Below, piece after piece: positions 28,673-37,871 of a stretch of 39,662 bases of DNA. How positions within the stretch are numbered: the stretch's first letter is position 1; each line of letters starts with the position of its first letter. The position numbers and the translations under genes were made by a program. Below the pieces are notes generated by a model. The model was not told where the DNA came from. It saw nothing but the letters and a program-made list of their open reading frames with translations, and made no database searches. This stretch comes from a virus (lineage: Duplodnaviria > Heunggongvirae > Uroviricota > Caudoviricetes), in the IMG/VR virus record IMGVR_UViG_2541047126_000026. The stretch is one strand, 5' to 3'.

Positions 28673-29182
28673 TTAACGGGGAAGTGATTTTTCATACTGC
28701 CTGCAAACGGCGTCATACCCCATCAGCGTGCGTTCGGGCATTCCCATCGCGGCCAGCATTTTGCGGCGGTGCCATCGCTTGAGACGCTCCAGCACATCTG
28801 AGGCCAGGGCGGGGTGTTGCTCCAGCCACTGCCAGTTTGCCACACCTTCGCCGCCGTTCTGCGCGGCCGTCTGCGATTTCACCCAGCGGTTAAGGGCGGT
28901 TTCCGCACCATCAGAGATAAAGCCCTGCCGGTGCATCACCTTCCAGATGGCGCGAATTTTGGCGGTCACCGTACCCGGTTTTAAGGCCCGGTTAACCGGG
29001 TTCTGACGCACTTTAAAACCGCGTTTTTTGAAAACATCCAGCACGCGGGATAACTCATCCGGTGACATATCCCGGCAGCTGGTTTTGCCGGTGGCTGCCA
29101 GCAGCGCGGATGTATAAGTCTCATCATCCAGGGCAAGCTCGCGCTTTGCCACATGAATGGCGGATATCAGTTTTCCTCTCAT
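28673..29182 (-). CDS. gemA: GemA-like regulatory protein
   Basis: 169 aa; position immediately upstream of the Mor/C gene as in Mu. Confidence 0.65.
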   Translation of the reverse strand: MRGKLISAIHVAKRELALDDETYTSALLAATGKTSCRDMSPDELSRVLDVFKKRGFKVRQNPVNRALKPGTVTAKIRAIWKVMHRQGFISDGAETALNRWVKSQTAAQNGGEGVANWQWLEQHPALASDVLERLKRWHRRKMLAAMGMPERTLMGYDAVCRQYEKSLPR

Positions 29183-29475
29183 ACCGTATTTACCTTTTTA
29201 CGGACATGGAAAGCCTTTTCTGCCTCATCCCACCGGGCATGGTGTGTTGGTGGAATAATCATTATGTGCCAGCCATCTCTGGTTGTTATCCGGCAGAAAA
29301 ATTCACCGCTATATAACACAATGGCCTGCTGAATGAGCGCATCAGCCGCCCGTTCAACCGGATGTCTTTTATCAAAAAAGCAGATGATTTTTCGACATAA
29401 CCACCGGGTAATAACAAATGCGCCGAAAAAGGATGTGATATATAAGCACCAGAACAACAGAGAACTATTGTCCAT
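29179..29475 (-). CDS. Hypothetical membrane protein (98 aa), early accessory region
   Basis: N-terminal hydrophobic segment LLFWCLYITSFFGAFVITRWL; overlaps neighbours by a few nt. Confidence 0.45.
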   Translation of the reverse strand: MDNSSLLFWCLYITSFFGAFVITRWLCRKIICFFDKRHPVERAADALIQQAIVLYSGEFFCRITTRDGWHIMIIPPTHHARWDEAEKAFHVRKKVNTV

Positions 29476-29662
29476 TATCTTTCTCCTTATTCAGTCTTCT
29501 GCGACATTCGGCACAGTCATCAGGGCTTTCAAATGTATCCGGCTCGCGATTATGAGCCAGATATAACCACCGCCTACATATACTGATATTATCGCCAGTT
29601 TTAAAAAAATGATGCTTCTTAGCCATCAGAGGGCGCGCCCATCCAGCGGGTAGACTATTCAT
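29465..29662 (-). CDS. Hypothetical small Cys-containing protein (65 aa)
   Basis: Cys residues arranged C-x22-CxxC; possible metal-binding; no family recognised. Confidence 0.4.
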   Translation of the reverse strand: MNSLPAGWARPLMAKKHHFFKTGDNISICRRWLYLAHNREPDTFESPDDCAECRRRLNKEKDNGQ

Positions 29663-30029
29663 TTGCTTTATCCTCCATACTGGACAAAATCATCTGTATT
29701 AATGTCGGGCGTGGAGATATACGCATTTCATTAAGCGTCTGAAGGGCAGCAACAGCTGCCTGTTTATCGGTGCCTTTGGCAATTTCCGCAAGAGAATGCA
29801 CAATCCATAACGGACTTAACGCCACGACTGAATCCAGAATCATGTCATCCATAATAATTTCTGACACATCCCGCTTATCACATTCCTTATCCATAAAAGA
29901 AACGATTTTTTCCACATCTTCCGGTTTCATGCCTCCGGCGATAAGAAATTTGCGATACTCATAAGACGATCTTAATTCAATACTCATATTCATCTCCTGT
30001 AACTCTGACAAGGACGTGATTTTTCTCAT
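29655..30029 (-). CDS. Hypothetical protein (124 aa)
   Basis: ORF in an operon-like array; acidic; no family recognised. Confidence 0.45.
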   Translation of the reverse strand: MRKITSLSELQEMNMSIELRSSYEYRKFLIAGGMKPEDVEKIVSFMDKECDKRDVSEIIMDDMILDSVVALSPLWIVHSLAEIAKGTDKQAAVAALQTLNEMRISPRPTLIQMILSSMEDKANE

Positions 30030-30211
30030 TTATGTTTTCCAGTAATACGGATATATATGTCGATAAGAAGATTCATAATAAACAGGAAGAGCGACATCCT
30101 GATAAAGAACCAAATATCTGGCATCATGGACAGGTTTCCTGTAATCGCAAATATAAAACCAACCCCCAACACCGGAACGAAAATTGCGAAAAATACAAGT
30201 CTCTTTATCAT
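30026..30211 (-). CDS. Hypothetical small membrane protein (61 aa, two predicted TM helices)
   Basis: LVFFAIFVPVLGVGFIFAI and SLFLFIMNLLIDIYI hydrophobic segments. Confidence 0.45.
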   Translation of the reverse strand: MIKRLVFFAIFVPVLGVGFIFAITGNLSMMPDIWFFIRMSLFLFIMNLLIDIYIRITGKHK

Positions 30212-30759
30212 GGCGTTAACTCCCGTAATACAGCGTCCTCGGCAGTCCGGCGATGGTGATAAATAAAATTCACCGTACTCTCGGATAATTCAAATTTCTC
30301 GCCTATTTCCCGGAAGGTAAGACGTCGTGGTGATTCAGCATCCCGTAATTCACGAATAAGATGAACATCATCGTCAGGTATACGGGTGAAGGGCAGCAAT
30401 TCTCCGTATTTTTTCATGCTTACGCCAATATATCGCGCCCGATTGTGGACAGAATCCCGGTCTCGCCCCAGATATTCTCCTATTTGCTTACCGGTCATCG
30501 TTCTGGCATTTTTTCGGATAAATTTATCTTCATCATGTTTAAATCTTGGACGTTTGCATTTGAGCAACTCCGGGTAAGTACCGCGTAATAAAACAATCCG
30601 GTTATGTACACCCCAGAAACTTCTTTTTACCCTGACAGCAATATCCTTAACCGGGGTGGATGGATAAAGCGCAATCAGCAGCGCATCTTCTTCAGGTGTC
30701 CACGCACGGACATGAGCAGGTGCCTGACCTTTTCGCCCCATGGGTTGTAAAATCATCAT
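30208..30759 (-). CDS. Hypothetical DNA-binding protein with Myb/SANT-like and HTH-like segments (183 aa)
   Basis: WTPEEDALLIALY resembles a SANT/Myb helix; two more HTH-like stretches (TGKQIGEYLGRDRDSVHNR and LTFREIGEKFELSESTVNFI). Confidence 0.45.
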   Translation of the reverse strand: MMILQPMGRKGQAPAHVRAWTPEEDALLIALYPSTPVKDIAVRVKRSFWGVHNRIVLLRGTYPELLKCKRPRFKHDEDKFIRKNARTMTGKQIGEYLGRDRDSVHNRARYIGVSMKKYGELLPFTRIPDDDVHLIRELRDAESPRRLTFREIGEKFELSESTVNFIYHHRRTAEDAVLRELTP

Positions 30760-30762
30760 ACA

Positions 30763-31278
30763 TCACCCCCTGACTCGCTTTTCAGCAGCATAAAACTCAT
30801 CAGACAGAATTTCGGTCATTTTCTGATTTGCGGGTTTTACGCCGCACTCAAGGTAAATCACATCGTCAACGCAGAACCACTTCACAGGGCCAAACATGAT
30901 TGCCGAGAAATCAATACCCAGCCAGAACAACAGTGCATCGGTTCTGGCATACGTGACGGGCGAATATTCACGCCACAGACTGTTAAGTTCGTCAGAGGCA
31001 ACGCGCAGGGCTTTGGGAATACGTGATGTGCGCGGTGTGCAGCTCCAGCCATTCGACGCAGTCGGTTTTCGCCATAAGTCGCGATGAAAAGGATATTTGT
31101 CATCCATAAAGCGCAGCCCTTTAAAACAAAAGCCACTGATACCGGATACAAATACCGACCGGCACGCAACATTCAGCACGGCCTCAAGGCGTTTTGCCTC
31201 ATCCTTAACTTTCTGGCAGTCCTGCTGATATTTTTGCCACGCGGCCAGCGCGGAAGGGTTTGATGTTTTAAAGAACAT
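30763..31278 (-). CDS. Hypothetical protein (171 aa)
   Basis: ORF with 1 nt stop/start overlap with the upstream gene; no family recognised. Confidence 0.45.
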   Translation of the reverse strand: MFFKTSNPSALAAWQKYQQDCQKVKDEAKRLEAVLNVACRSVFVSGISGFCFKGLRFMDDKYPFHRDLWRKPTASNGWSCTPRTSRIPKALRVASDELNSLWREYSPVTYARTDALLFWLGIDFSAIMFGPVKWFCVDDVIYLECGVKPANQKMTEILSDEFYAAEKRVRG

Positions 31279-31811
31279 TACGCCACCTCCGCAGATATCC
31301 CGGCAGGCGCGGCCGTCCGGTCAACAATCAGGTAACGCAGAACGCGCGAGGTGATATTCCAGCCGCTTAAACCGCAGATAATGACACCCAGGCGTATGTC
31401 GATATACGCCATCACAAACTGGGGCACGCCTTCTTTCATGGCCTGCTCATCAACTTCAGCCACCACATAAACGGTTTCACAGGTCAGAACGCCCTGAGCA
31501 AATTCCCACGCCATTGACGGAATATCATGCCCCTCAATCCACGGCAGGGATTTTCTGAAGCTGCACCACTGAACATCATCAGCCGCACCTTCCTGGCTGC
31601 ATTTGCGACGAACCGGCTGCACCGGGCGGGGACGCGGAATATCATAAAAACCGTTACATTCCGTCAGCACCCCGGCATCGACCGCATCACGCAGAAAATA
31701 AACCATCGAGGATGGCGGCATATTCATTTTTTCAGCCAGAATGCCGCAGGTCAGACGCCCGTAAATACTCAGCCAGTTTTTAACCCCTTCAAGCACTTTT
31801 GCATCAATCAT
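31278..31811 (-). CDS. Hypothetical protein (177 aa), possible N-terminal winged helix
   Basis: ORF in the early operon; no family recognised. Confidence 0.45.
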   Translation of the reverse strand: MIDAKVLEGVKNWLSIYGRLTCGILAEKMNMPPSSMVYFLRDAVDAGVLTECNGFYDIPRPRPVQPVRRKCSQEGAADDVQWCSFRKSLPWIEGHDIPSMAWEFAQGVLTCETVYVVAEVDEQAMKEGVPQFVMAYIDIRLGVIICGLSGWNITSRVLRYLIVDRTAAPAGISAEVA

Positions 31812-31814
31812 GAA

Positions 31815-32357
31815 TTATTCCTCCGTCAGCGCCACATATTCAGAATGTTTAATCTCCTGGCATTCTTCAGGAATACCCCCTTTTATTTCCCTGCCATAAG
31901 CGCCTACTTTAAACACCACGCACAGGGCATCACGGGAGAGCGACGGGGTCCACCAGGAGTCCATGTTAAACATGGAGGGGATTCTCATTACCCCCAGCTT
32001 TTCACAGAGCCAGACAAGGAAATCAGGACGCTTTCTTAACTCGCGTTCAGCGGCTTCAATCATTGCGGCAATCGCCGGTCCTTCAGGGCATGACTCATCA
32101 GGTCTGGCAATAAAGCACGGTCCGTCCCCGATAAAAGCCACATCATCGCGCTTACGCCAGCCCGCAGGCAGAGCACCAGAAAAATAAAACTCACTGATTA
32201 CGTCCATGGCAAACGGCTTTAAGCGCAATCCGGCAGCGCCTGTATTTTTCAGTAATGCCCGAAGAATACTGTTGCGTAGCGGTAAAACAGTCTGTTGATA
32301 TTTGGTGAAATATTTATTTGTCTGCACACGGTCTAATTTGAAATAAAAATATGCCAT
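31815..32357 (-). CDS. Hypothetical protein (180 aa)
   Basis: ORF directly downstream of gam; no family recognised. Confidence 0.45.
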   Translation of the reverse strand: MAYFYFKLDRVQTNKYFTKYQQTVLPLRNSILRALLKNTGAAGLRLKPFAMDVISEFYFSGALPAGWRKRDDVAFIGDGPCFIARPDESCPEGPAIAAMIEAAERELRKRPDFLVWLCEKLGVMRIPSMFNMDSWWTPSLSRDALCVVFKVGAYGREIKGGIPEECQEIKHSEYVALTEE

Positions 32358-32454
32358 ATATCCTGTTCCTTATTTTCAGTTTACAGGCGCAGGCAGTCCC
32401 CTGACGCGAGCGCCATACTTAAAACGATGTGATATTTAAAGATTTAATGCGGTG

Positions 32455-32985
32455 TTATTTATTCAGTCCGGCGTCCTGTTCAAAAGGCTCGACATAAAAA
32501 CTTTCAGCGCCTTTATTCACCTTAATACCGGCAATGCCTTTCACTGCATCCGGCTCCGCCAGGACCGCTTCCTTGTTCACTTCCTCTTTCGTGCGGATGA
32601 ATCGCTCAAGCCCCATACGGCGCAGCATTTCAATCACACCTTCCACATCACGGCTGACGCTGCATGATGGATTTCCCAGCCGCCATGACACTGTTCCGGT
32701 GGTCAGATTGGCTGTTTTGGTTTTGCCGCCGTTCGTCAGCTCATCGCGGTTGGTTTTGCACCAGTCCTGAATCCCCTTAAAAAGCACTTTGATTTCTTTT
32801 TTAAGGTTTTCAATCTGCGGCGTATAACGGGCGGTGATTTCTGCCACTTCATCATTCATCGCTGTTTCCAGGCGCAGCGCCTCTCGCTGAATATCGCCCA
32901 GGGTGCGGATATCGCGGCTGACCTCTTCACGGGTCTGCGGTGCCGCCTCTGCTGCGGCCTTTAATTTTGTAACGCGTTTTGCCAT
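32455..32985 (-). CDS. gam: Gam host-nuclease inhibitor (Ku-like DNA end binding)
   Basis: 176 aa; strong match to Mu Gam as I recall it (LGDIQREALRLETAMNDEVAEIT, NRDELTNGGKTKTANLTTGTVSWR, FIRTKEEVNKEAVL). Confidence 0.85.
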   Translation of the reverse strand: MAKRVTKLKAAAEAAPQTREEVSRDIRTLGDIQREALRLETAMNDEVAEITARYTPQIENLKKEIKVLFKGIQDWCKTNRDELTNGGKTKTANLTTGTVSWRLGNPSCSVSRDVEGVIEMLRRMGLERFIRTKEEVNKEAVLAEPDAVKGIAGIKVNKGAESFYVEPFEQDAGLNK

Positions 32986-32996
32986 TTTGTTTTTCC

Positions 32997-33290
32997 TTAT
33001 TGCAGTGTGCCTGATGCTTTATGCACGCGGTGGCGTTTAATGATGGCATCCGCCCCAAAAGCCTGTACAGATGCCTGAAATTCCGCTGAGAGAAACTGAA
33101 TAAGTTCAGGACTGTGATACTGGAGAATACTTGCATAAACGTCACAGAGTGACGTCGGCCTGTTATTCGTATCACGTTCTGTTTTTACATCCACACCAAT
33201 CTTTTCATGCACTTCAACACAGTCATTGCCTGCCGGTTTTTCGTCATGCGAAACATGCTTAAATTCAAAAATAACGCGTACTTTGCTCAT
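32997..33290 (-). CDS. Hypothetical small early protein, paralog A; track ORF to 33317
   Basis: Begins MSKVRVIFEFKHV at the internal Met; shares its N-terminal motif with the adjacent upstream gene. Confidence 0.45.
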   Translation of the reverse strand: MSKVRVIFEFKHVSHDEKPAGNDCVEVHEKIGVDVKTERDTNNRPTSLCDVYASILQYHSPELIQFLSAEFQASVQAFGADAIIKRHRVHKASGTLQ

Positions 33291-33294
33291 GGAA

Positions 33295-33567
33295 TTACCC
33301 CTGCTGATTAAATTCATTACCTTTAATAACCCCGGAACGCATGCTCATATCTTTCATGAGCGCACTGGCTTTCATTGCCACAAGTTCAGCAAAGTCTCTG
33401 CTTTCCGCGAGCATAACCACCCCAAAAATCATGGCGGGTCCATCACCTTTCTGCTTTATCCCGGTTGAACGTATGTCCAGACTTACCCCCATGCGCACTG
33501 TTCCATCAGCGTTTTTATGGATAACGTGCTCCTTGTATTCGAAAATAATGCGTACGACTTTACTCAT
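33295..33567 (-). CDS. Hypothetical small early protein, paralog B (90 aa)
   Basis: Begins MSKVVRIIFEYKEHV; N-terminus paralogous to the downstream gene. Confidence 0.45.
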   Translation of the reverse strand: MSKVVRIIFEYKEHVIHKNADGTVRMGVSLDIRSTGIKQKGDGPAMIFGVVMLAESRDFAELVAMKASALMKDMSMRSGVIKGNEFNQQG

Positions 33568-33845
33568 CCTCTGGTCCTCGTTCTGTTTGGATAACTGACC
33601 CGGCGTCTGACCTCACGGCAGAACCGAATCATGGCATTAAAGGCTTCTTCCTCCGTCACCGCTTCCGGTATCCCCGGAACCAGTAACTGCTCCTGTTCAT
33701 CACGTCCATGACGCGCCATAACCTCAATCACATGCCGTACCGTGGCAGGCTTTCCGGCAACTATCGGCAATGCACCTTCCGGCAGGACGTAACCAAACTC
33801 AATAAGACCACTCGACCACGCCCATGCAATGAGATTTTTTTTCAC
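33564..33845 (-). CDS. Hypothetical early protein (93 aa)
   Basis: ORF in the early operon; synteny only. Confidence 0.4.
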   Translation of the reverse strand: MKKNLIAWAWSSGLIEFGYVLPEGALPIVAGKPATVRHVIEVMARHGRDEQEQLLVPGIPEAVTEEEAFNAMIRFCREVRRRVSYPNRTRTRG

Positions 33846-33846
33846 C

Positions 33847-34113
33847 TCACACCTCCCAGTAAACCGTGCAGCCGCTGATGCGGGTGGCCTTCACACGGCG
33901 GCGCAGGCCGTTGGTCTGTATGGTGATTTCAATTTCACCGGTTCCCTGCACGTTGCCTACCGGCGGCGTGGTTTTCAGTGCAAAACGTTGTGGGTAGCGC
34001 TTACTGCGTTCCAGTACCGCACCGGCAAGTTCGGTCAGACGGCGCGCGCTGTTCAGGGAGTCGAATAAATTCATTTTGTTACCGCAGGATTGCATATTCA
34101 TATAACACCTCAT
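33847..34113 (-). CDS. Hypothetical early protein (88 aa; start uncertain)
   Basis: ORF in the early operon; synteny only. Confidence 0.4.
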   Translation of the reverse strand: MRCYMNMQSCGNKMNLFDSLNSARRLTELAGAVLERSKRYPQRFALKTTPPVGNVQGTGEIEITIQTNGLRRRVKATRISGCTVYWEV

Positions 34114-34341
34114 TTAGCTGACTTGTTTCGCACCAACAGAACGGCATATTCCGCTGTAAACTTCTGTCGCACCTTCGCGATCAAGTCCGGCAGATATCAC
34201 CATTCGTGTGCGGTCATTAAATTCAAAAAGTAAATCGCCACATTCTTTATTTTCGGCCAGTGAAATCACCTTCACGTTATCGAAATTAACCAGGTAAAAG
34301 CGTCCGTAAATATCAGGAATATAAAATACCGCCATAATCAC
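34114..34341 (-). CDS. Small early protein at the Kil position (75 aa)
   Basis: Immediately downstream of B and the same size as Mu Kil (74 aa); positional inference only. Confidence 0.35.
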   Translation of the reverse strand: MIMAVFYIPDIYGRFYLVNFDNVKVISLAENKECGDLLFEFNDRTRMVISAGLDREGATEVYSGICRSVGAKQVS

Positions 34342-35270
34342 ACCTGTGAGAGTAATTCAGGGTTGGTATAAACCTCTTTAAAGGCCGCATTAATATGTTT
34401 TTCTGTCAGCGCCGCACCTTCACCGCTGGCGGTGAGCCACGCCTGGTTAAGCGTATGTGTCAGAACGCGTAACGCTCCCGGCTTTTCAGCGATAGCCTGC
34501 ATGACGGCCAGCTCGGCCTCACCACTGATACCCCATGCCCTGGCAATGGCCAGCACATCCGCCTTTTTGGCCTTGCGAAGTTGTTTTGTACGGGCAAGAC
34601 GGCTGAACAGGCGCGATAAATCATCAAAGGCGCGGCGTCCACCTTTAAACAATCCGCGCGGGTTACCAATAAGCACCATCCCGATCCCCGTGGCGTCCTG
34701 AATTGCCCGGAGTTGCTCCAGACCGTCAATACCAAGATGATCCGCCTCATCCACAATCACCAGTCCACGCGTTCCCATCAGGCGACGGCGGATGGCGCGG
34801 GATAATGCCCCTTTGTTCGCGCGGGTGTAATCAATCCCCAGCGCATCGGCCAGCTCCAGCAGACACTCCGTGACGCTGGAGTGCGCGGGTGACAGGGTGA
34901 TCATCCAGGTGTTTGGTTGCTCCTGGCAGTAATTACGGGCGGTGGCCGTTTTACCTACCCCCGGCACGCCCACAATGACGTTAATACAGCCCATCAGGCG
35001 AACCGCCTGAAACAGTGCGCGCAGCTCCTGAACTGTCTGCGTTTCCACAAACTGCGGCGGTTCCGGCAGTGCGCTTTGTTTATTCCAGTTCTCATACCAG
35101 GAACGCAGGGAAGCAGCCACAGCGGCGTTATCGCCTTTATATTTCCCCTTGCGGAAAGCCGATAATGTGCCGTCGGAAATTCCCGCCTCTCTGGCGATGG
35201 CATACTGCGTCAGTACGCCGCCATCAATAAGTTCATCAATGGTCTTGATTACATCGTTAATATCAGTCAT
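34338..35270 (-). CDS. B: MuB-like ATP-dependent target DNA activator
   Basis: 310 aa; Walker A GVPGVGKT; N-terminal HTH; directly downstream of the transposase. Confidence 0.9.
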   Translation of the reverse strand: MTDINDVIKTIDELIDGGVLTQYAIAREAGISDGTLSAFRKGKYKGDNAAVAASLRSWYENWNKQSALPEPPQFVETQTVQELRALFQAVRLMGCINVIVGVPGVGKTATARNYCQEQPNTWMITLSPAHSSVTECLLELADALGIDYTRANKGALSRAIRRRLMGTRGLVIVDEADHLGIDGLEQLRAIQDATGIGMVLIGNPRGLFKGGRRAFDDLSRLFSRLARTKQLRKAKKADVLAIARAWGISGEAELAVMQAIAEKPGALRVLTHTLNQAWLTASGEGAALTEKHINAAFKEVYTNPELLSQV

Positions 35271-35340
35271 ATTATTAACCTCTCATTTGATACCTTGTTT
35301 AATCAAATAACCTGAGTCGCCGCTCGGGTTATTTTTTATT

Positions 35341-37431
35341 TCAGGCCAGCGGGTCATTTTCTTTTAATTTCGCTTCGAGCAACTGCAATCCCCGCTGGAA
35401 ATTGCGCTCGTATTCTTCATCAGGCTCATCATCAACGGCAGGTTGCTGAACGGCCACCGTATTACCTACCGGGCGATAGATGTTTTCCAGCCAGGGCTCC
35501 TGCGGCTTGTGCTCCAGCACGTTGACAACCTCATCCTCGGCATCACGGATTTTTTCCTCTGCGCGTTTACGCATGCCTTTAAGGCGTTGCTGCTGTTTGT
35601 AGTATTCCGCGCTAACCGGGAAGGCTTCGCGTTTATTACCGTCCCATACCGCCTCGCAAATCACGCTGCCATCCAGGCGACGTACGGTAATTCGTTCGGC
35701 ATCATGAATGTCATAGCTGATAAGCACCTTGCGGCCATGCTCATCACGCAGCTCGGGCGCGTAGTAAATATTATTCAGCCAGCGTATTTCACAGCGTCTT
35801 ACAGGGCGTTCCACCATCGGCCGGAACATGTCCCGCAATTCCACATCGGACAGCCATTCAATTTCCGTGTCCTCTTCCGCCAGGCGTTTTTTTCTGAACT
35901 CCGCCGGGCTGTAATGCTTGCCGTTCGGCTTCACCGGTAATTCATCGTGCGGCCGGTTGTTGTACCACTCAACACCATCACGAATGGCATCAATCAGTTC
36001 AGACCAGGACGGTAAATCACGCATCGCTGACTGCTGCCGGGCGTTCAGCCGTTTGCCCTGTTGCAGGGCAGTAAATGCCGAGCGTAAATCGCGGTTGGTT
36101 TTGCGTAACGTCTCGCGATCTGCACCTTTCCCGAAATAGGTGCGGTATTTACGGGCTATGCGCATCGGTAATGTGCGGTTAAGCCGTTCGATAATGCCTC
36201 GTCCCTGCGGATTACCGGCAATCCCGGTCGGGTGATTAATCCCCAGTCGCGGCAGTATCCCCACAACCTCCTTATCCAGGATGTCGGCGGTTTCCCCGGA
36301 GCCGTTATCCGAGTAATACAGAAACGGTTTGCCGTGATGGCGAATGCCGTGCTGTATGGCACCGGCTACGGCGAAAACATTTTCAGCCAGGTCAAGGCTC
36401 CAGCCCACCACAAAGCGCGTGCCACCGTCGATAACAAAGGTCACTTCCGGTGCAAATGGCCGACCGTGAACCGGGTGTGCGCATTTCAGCTTCATGCCGT
36501 GACCGTCACCAATCCAGACATAATTCACCGGCATTCTGGACCAGTCGCGGCGCGTGAATCCCTCAAGCTGACGGTATTCACTGCCGGTCACCCGGCCTTT
36601 TTGTTTCACCACTTCCGGCAGTTTCTTCATTGCGCGGCGAATGGTGTCATAAGAGGGCATGATATCGAGCATATAAGGCTCATCAGCGTGCCGGAGCCGC
36701 CATTCAGCAACAAAATCCTCGTAAGCCTCGGTCATTGGTCGGCCGTTTGACTGGCGATACTGCGCCAGAAATTCGGGCAGCCAGTTAATATCTTCGGCTT
36801 TTATTTCCTGGCGTTTACCCGGTGCCAGTAAAAGCAGGCGTTCAGCGGCGTTCTGTGCCTTGTTAAAGGCCGCAATCCATCGCTTCAGCGTGATTTCACT
36901 CAACGCGCGGCTGTTTCCCTTTTTGGCGTTCGCCGTCTCAACCATTGCCACAATGCGCTCGTCCAGCTGTGAACGTGCCAGGTTGTCAACGATAAACCGG
37001 ATAGCCTTCGCGCAGCTGAAACCGGGTTGTTGCGCGACTTTCATCACTTCGCTGACGATCGCGATTCGTGCATCAGCCACCTGGCGCTGGTTTTCAGTCA
37101 GGGCATTGAGGCGTTCGACCATCAGTTGTGGTGATCCGCGATATGCCTCCACCGCATCAACCACGTCAGATGAGCGTCTGGCCTTTGTCACCACCGGAGC
37201 CGGTGATTCATCGGCTTTTTGCGTCATCAGTTGCAGGGCATAACGTTCACGTAATGCCTGCTGCGTCACTTCAGGTAAACAGTCGATGCTGTATTCAGTT
37301 GCTTTAGAGCCTGAGCGACGACGGGAACAACAGCTTTTCCCTTGTACGTAACGTTGTAATGCCTGGCGAATACCTTTTGTTGTAGCAGGCATTCCGGGCG
37401 CGCCAATCAGTTCTTTTGCAATGACATACAT
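35341..37431 (-). CDS. A: MuA-like DDE transposase
   Basis: 696 aa; N-terminal end-binding region, DDE core, acidic C-terminus; between ner and B. Confidence 0.9.
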   Translation of the reverse strand: MYVIAKELIGAPGMPATTKGIRQALQRYVQGKSCCSRRRSGSKATEYSIDCLPEVTQQALRERYALQLMTQKADESPAPVVTKARRSSDVVDAVEAYRGSPQLMVERLNALTENQRQVADARIAIVSEVMKVAQQPGFSCAKAIRFIVDNLARSQLDERIVAMVETANAKKGNSRALSEITLKRWIAAFNKAQNAAERLLLLAPGKRQEIKAEDINWLPEFLAQYRQSNGRPMTEAYEDFVAEWRLRHADEPYMLDIMPSYDTIRRAMKKLPEVVKQKGRVTGSEYRQLEGFTRRDWSRMPVNYVWIGDGHGMKLKCAHPVHGRPFAPEVTFVIDGGTRFVVGWSLDLAENVFAVAGAIQHGIRHHGKPFLYYSDNGSGETADILDKEVVGILPRLGINHPTGIAGNPQGRGIIERLNRTLPMRIARKYRTYFGKGADRETLRKTNRDLRSAFTALQQGKRLNARQQSAMRDLPSWSELIDAIRDGVEWYNNRPHDELPVKPNGKHYSPAEFRKKRLAEEDTEIEWLSDVELRDMFRPMVERPVRRCEIRWLNNIYYAPELRDEHGRKVLISYDIHDAERITVRRLDGSVICEAVWDGNKREAFPVSAEYYKQQQRLKGMRKRAEEKIRDAEDEVVNVLEHKPQEPWLENIYRPVGNTVAVQQPAVDDEPDEEYERNFQRGLQLLEAKLKENDPLA

Positions 37432-37432
37432 A

Positions 37433-37681
37433 TCATGACGCCTTTCTCATATAGCTCTTAACCTGGTATCTACTGGGCCAGATTTCTTCAGGCGATACCC
37501 CAAGAGCATCAGCAATTATTTGCTGATACGGTCGGCAAGGAGTACGTAATACGCTTTTCAGCGAATCCCTGCTGTAACCAGCCTTTAAAGATAAAGAGCG
37601 CAGTGATAAGCCAGCCATGTGTAAGCGCGCCTTGATGATTTCAGGCGGCCAATCGTGATCTGAAACTTCTCTTCTACTCAT
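37433..37681 (-). CDS. ner: Ner-like DNA-binding regulator
   Basis: 82 aa; matches Mu Ner as I recall it (QQIIADALGVSPEEIWPSRYQ); stop abuts the A start. Confidence 0.8.
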   Translation of the reverse strand: MSRREVSDHDWPPEIIKARLHMAGLSLRSLSLKAGYSRDSLKSVLRTPCRPYQQIIADALGVSPEEIWPSRYQVKSYMRKAS

Positions 37682-37871
37682 ACTTCCTCTATTCTAAAAA
37701 GTTACCCGCGCGGATATTCGTGCGGATATCTGCACGGGTAAATAATGCATCACTAAAAATACCAAATCAAGGTATTTTTGGTATTTTGGCTAATTTTTGC
37801 TTTTATCCTTATTTTTCAATTGGATAAATAGAAAGAAACCTTTCCTTAGAAAAGCACCAAGAGGTATCTTT
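37682..37871. promoter_or_regulatory. Divergent early/repressor promoter and operator region with repeated motifs
   Basis: Between divergent ner and c: GCGGATAT twice within an imperfect palindrome centred on GATATC (about 37709..37730); AAAATACC-n7-GGTATTTT palindrome with a second GGTATTTT copy (about 37758..37795). Confidence 0.5.
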
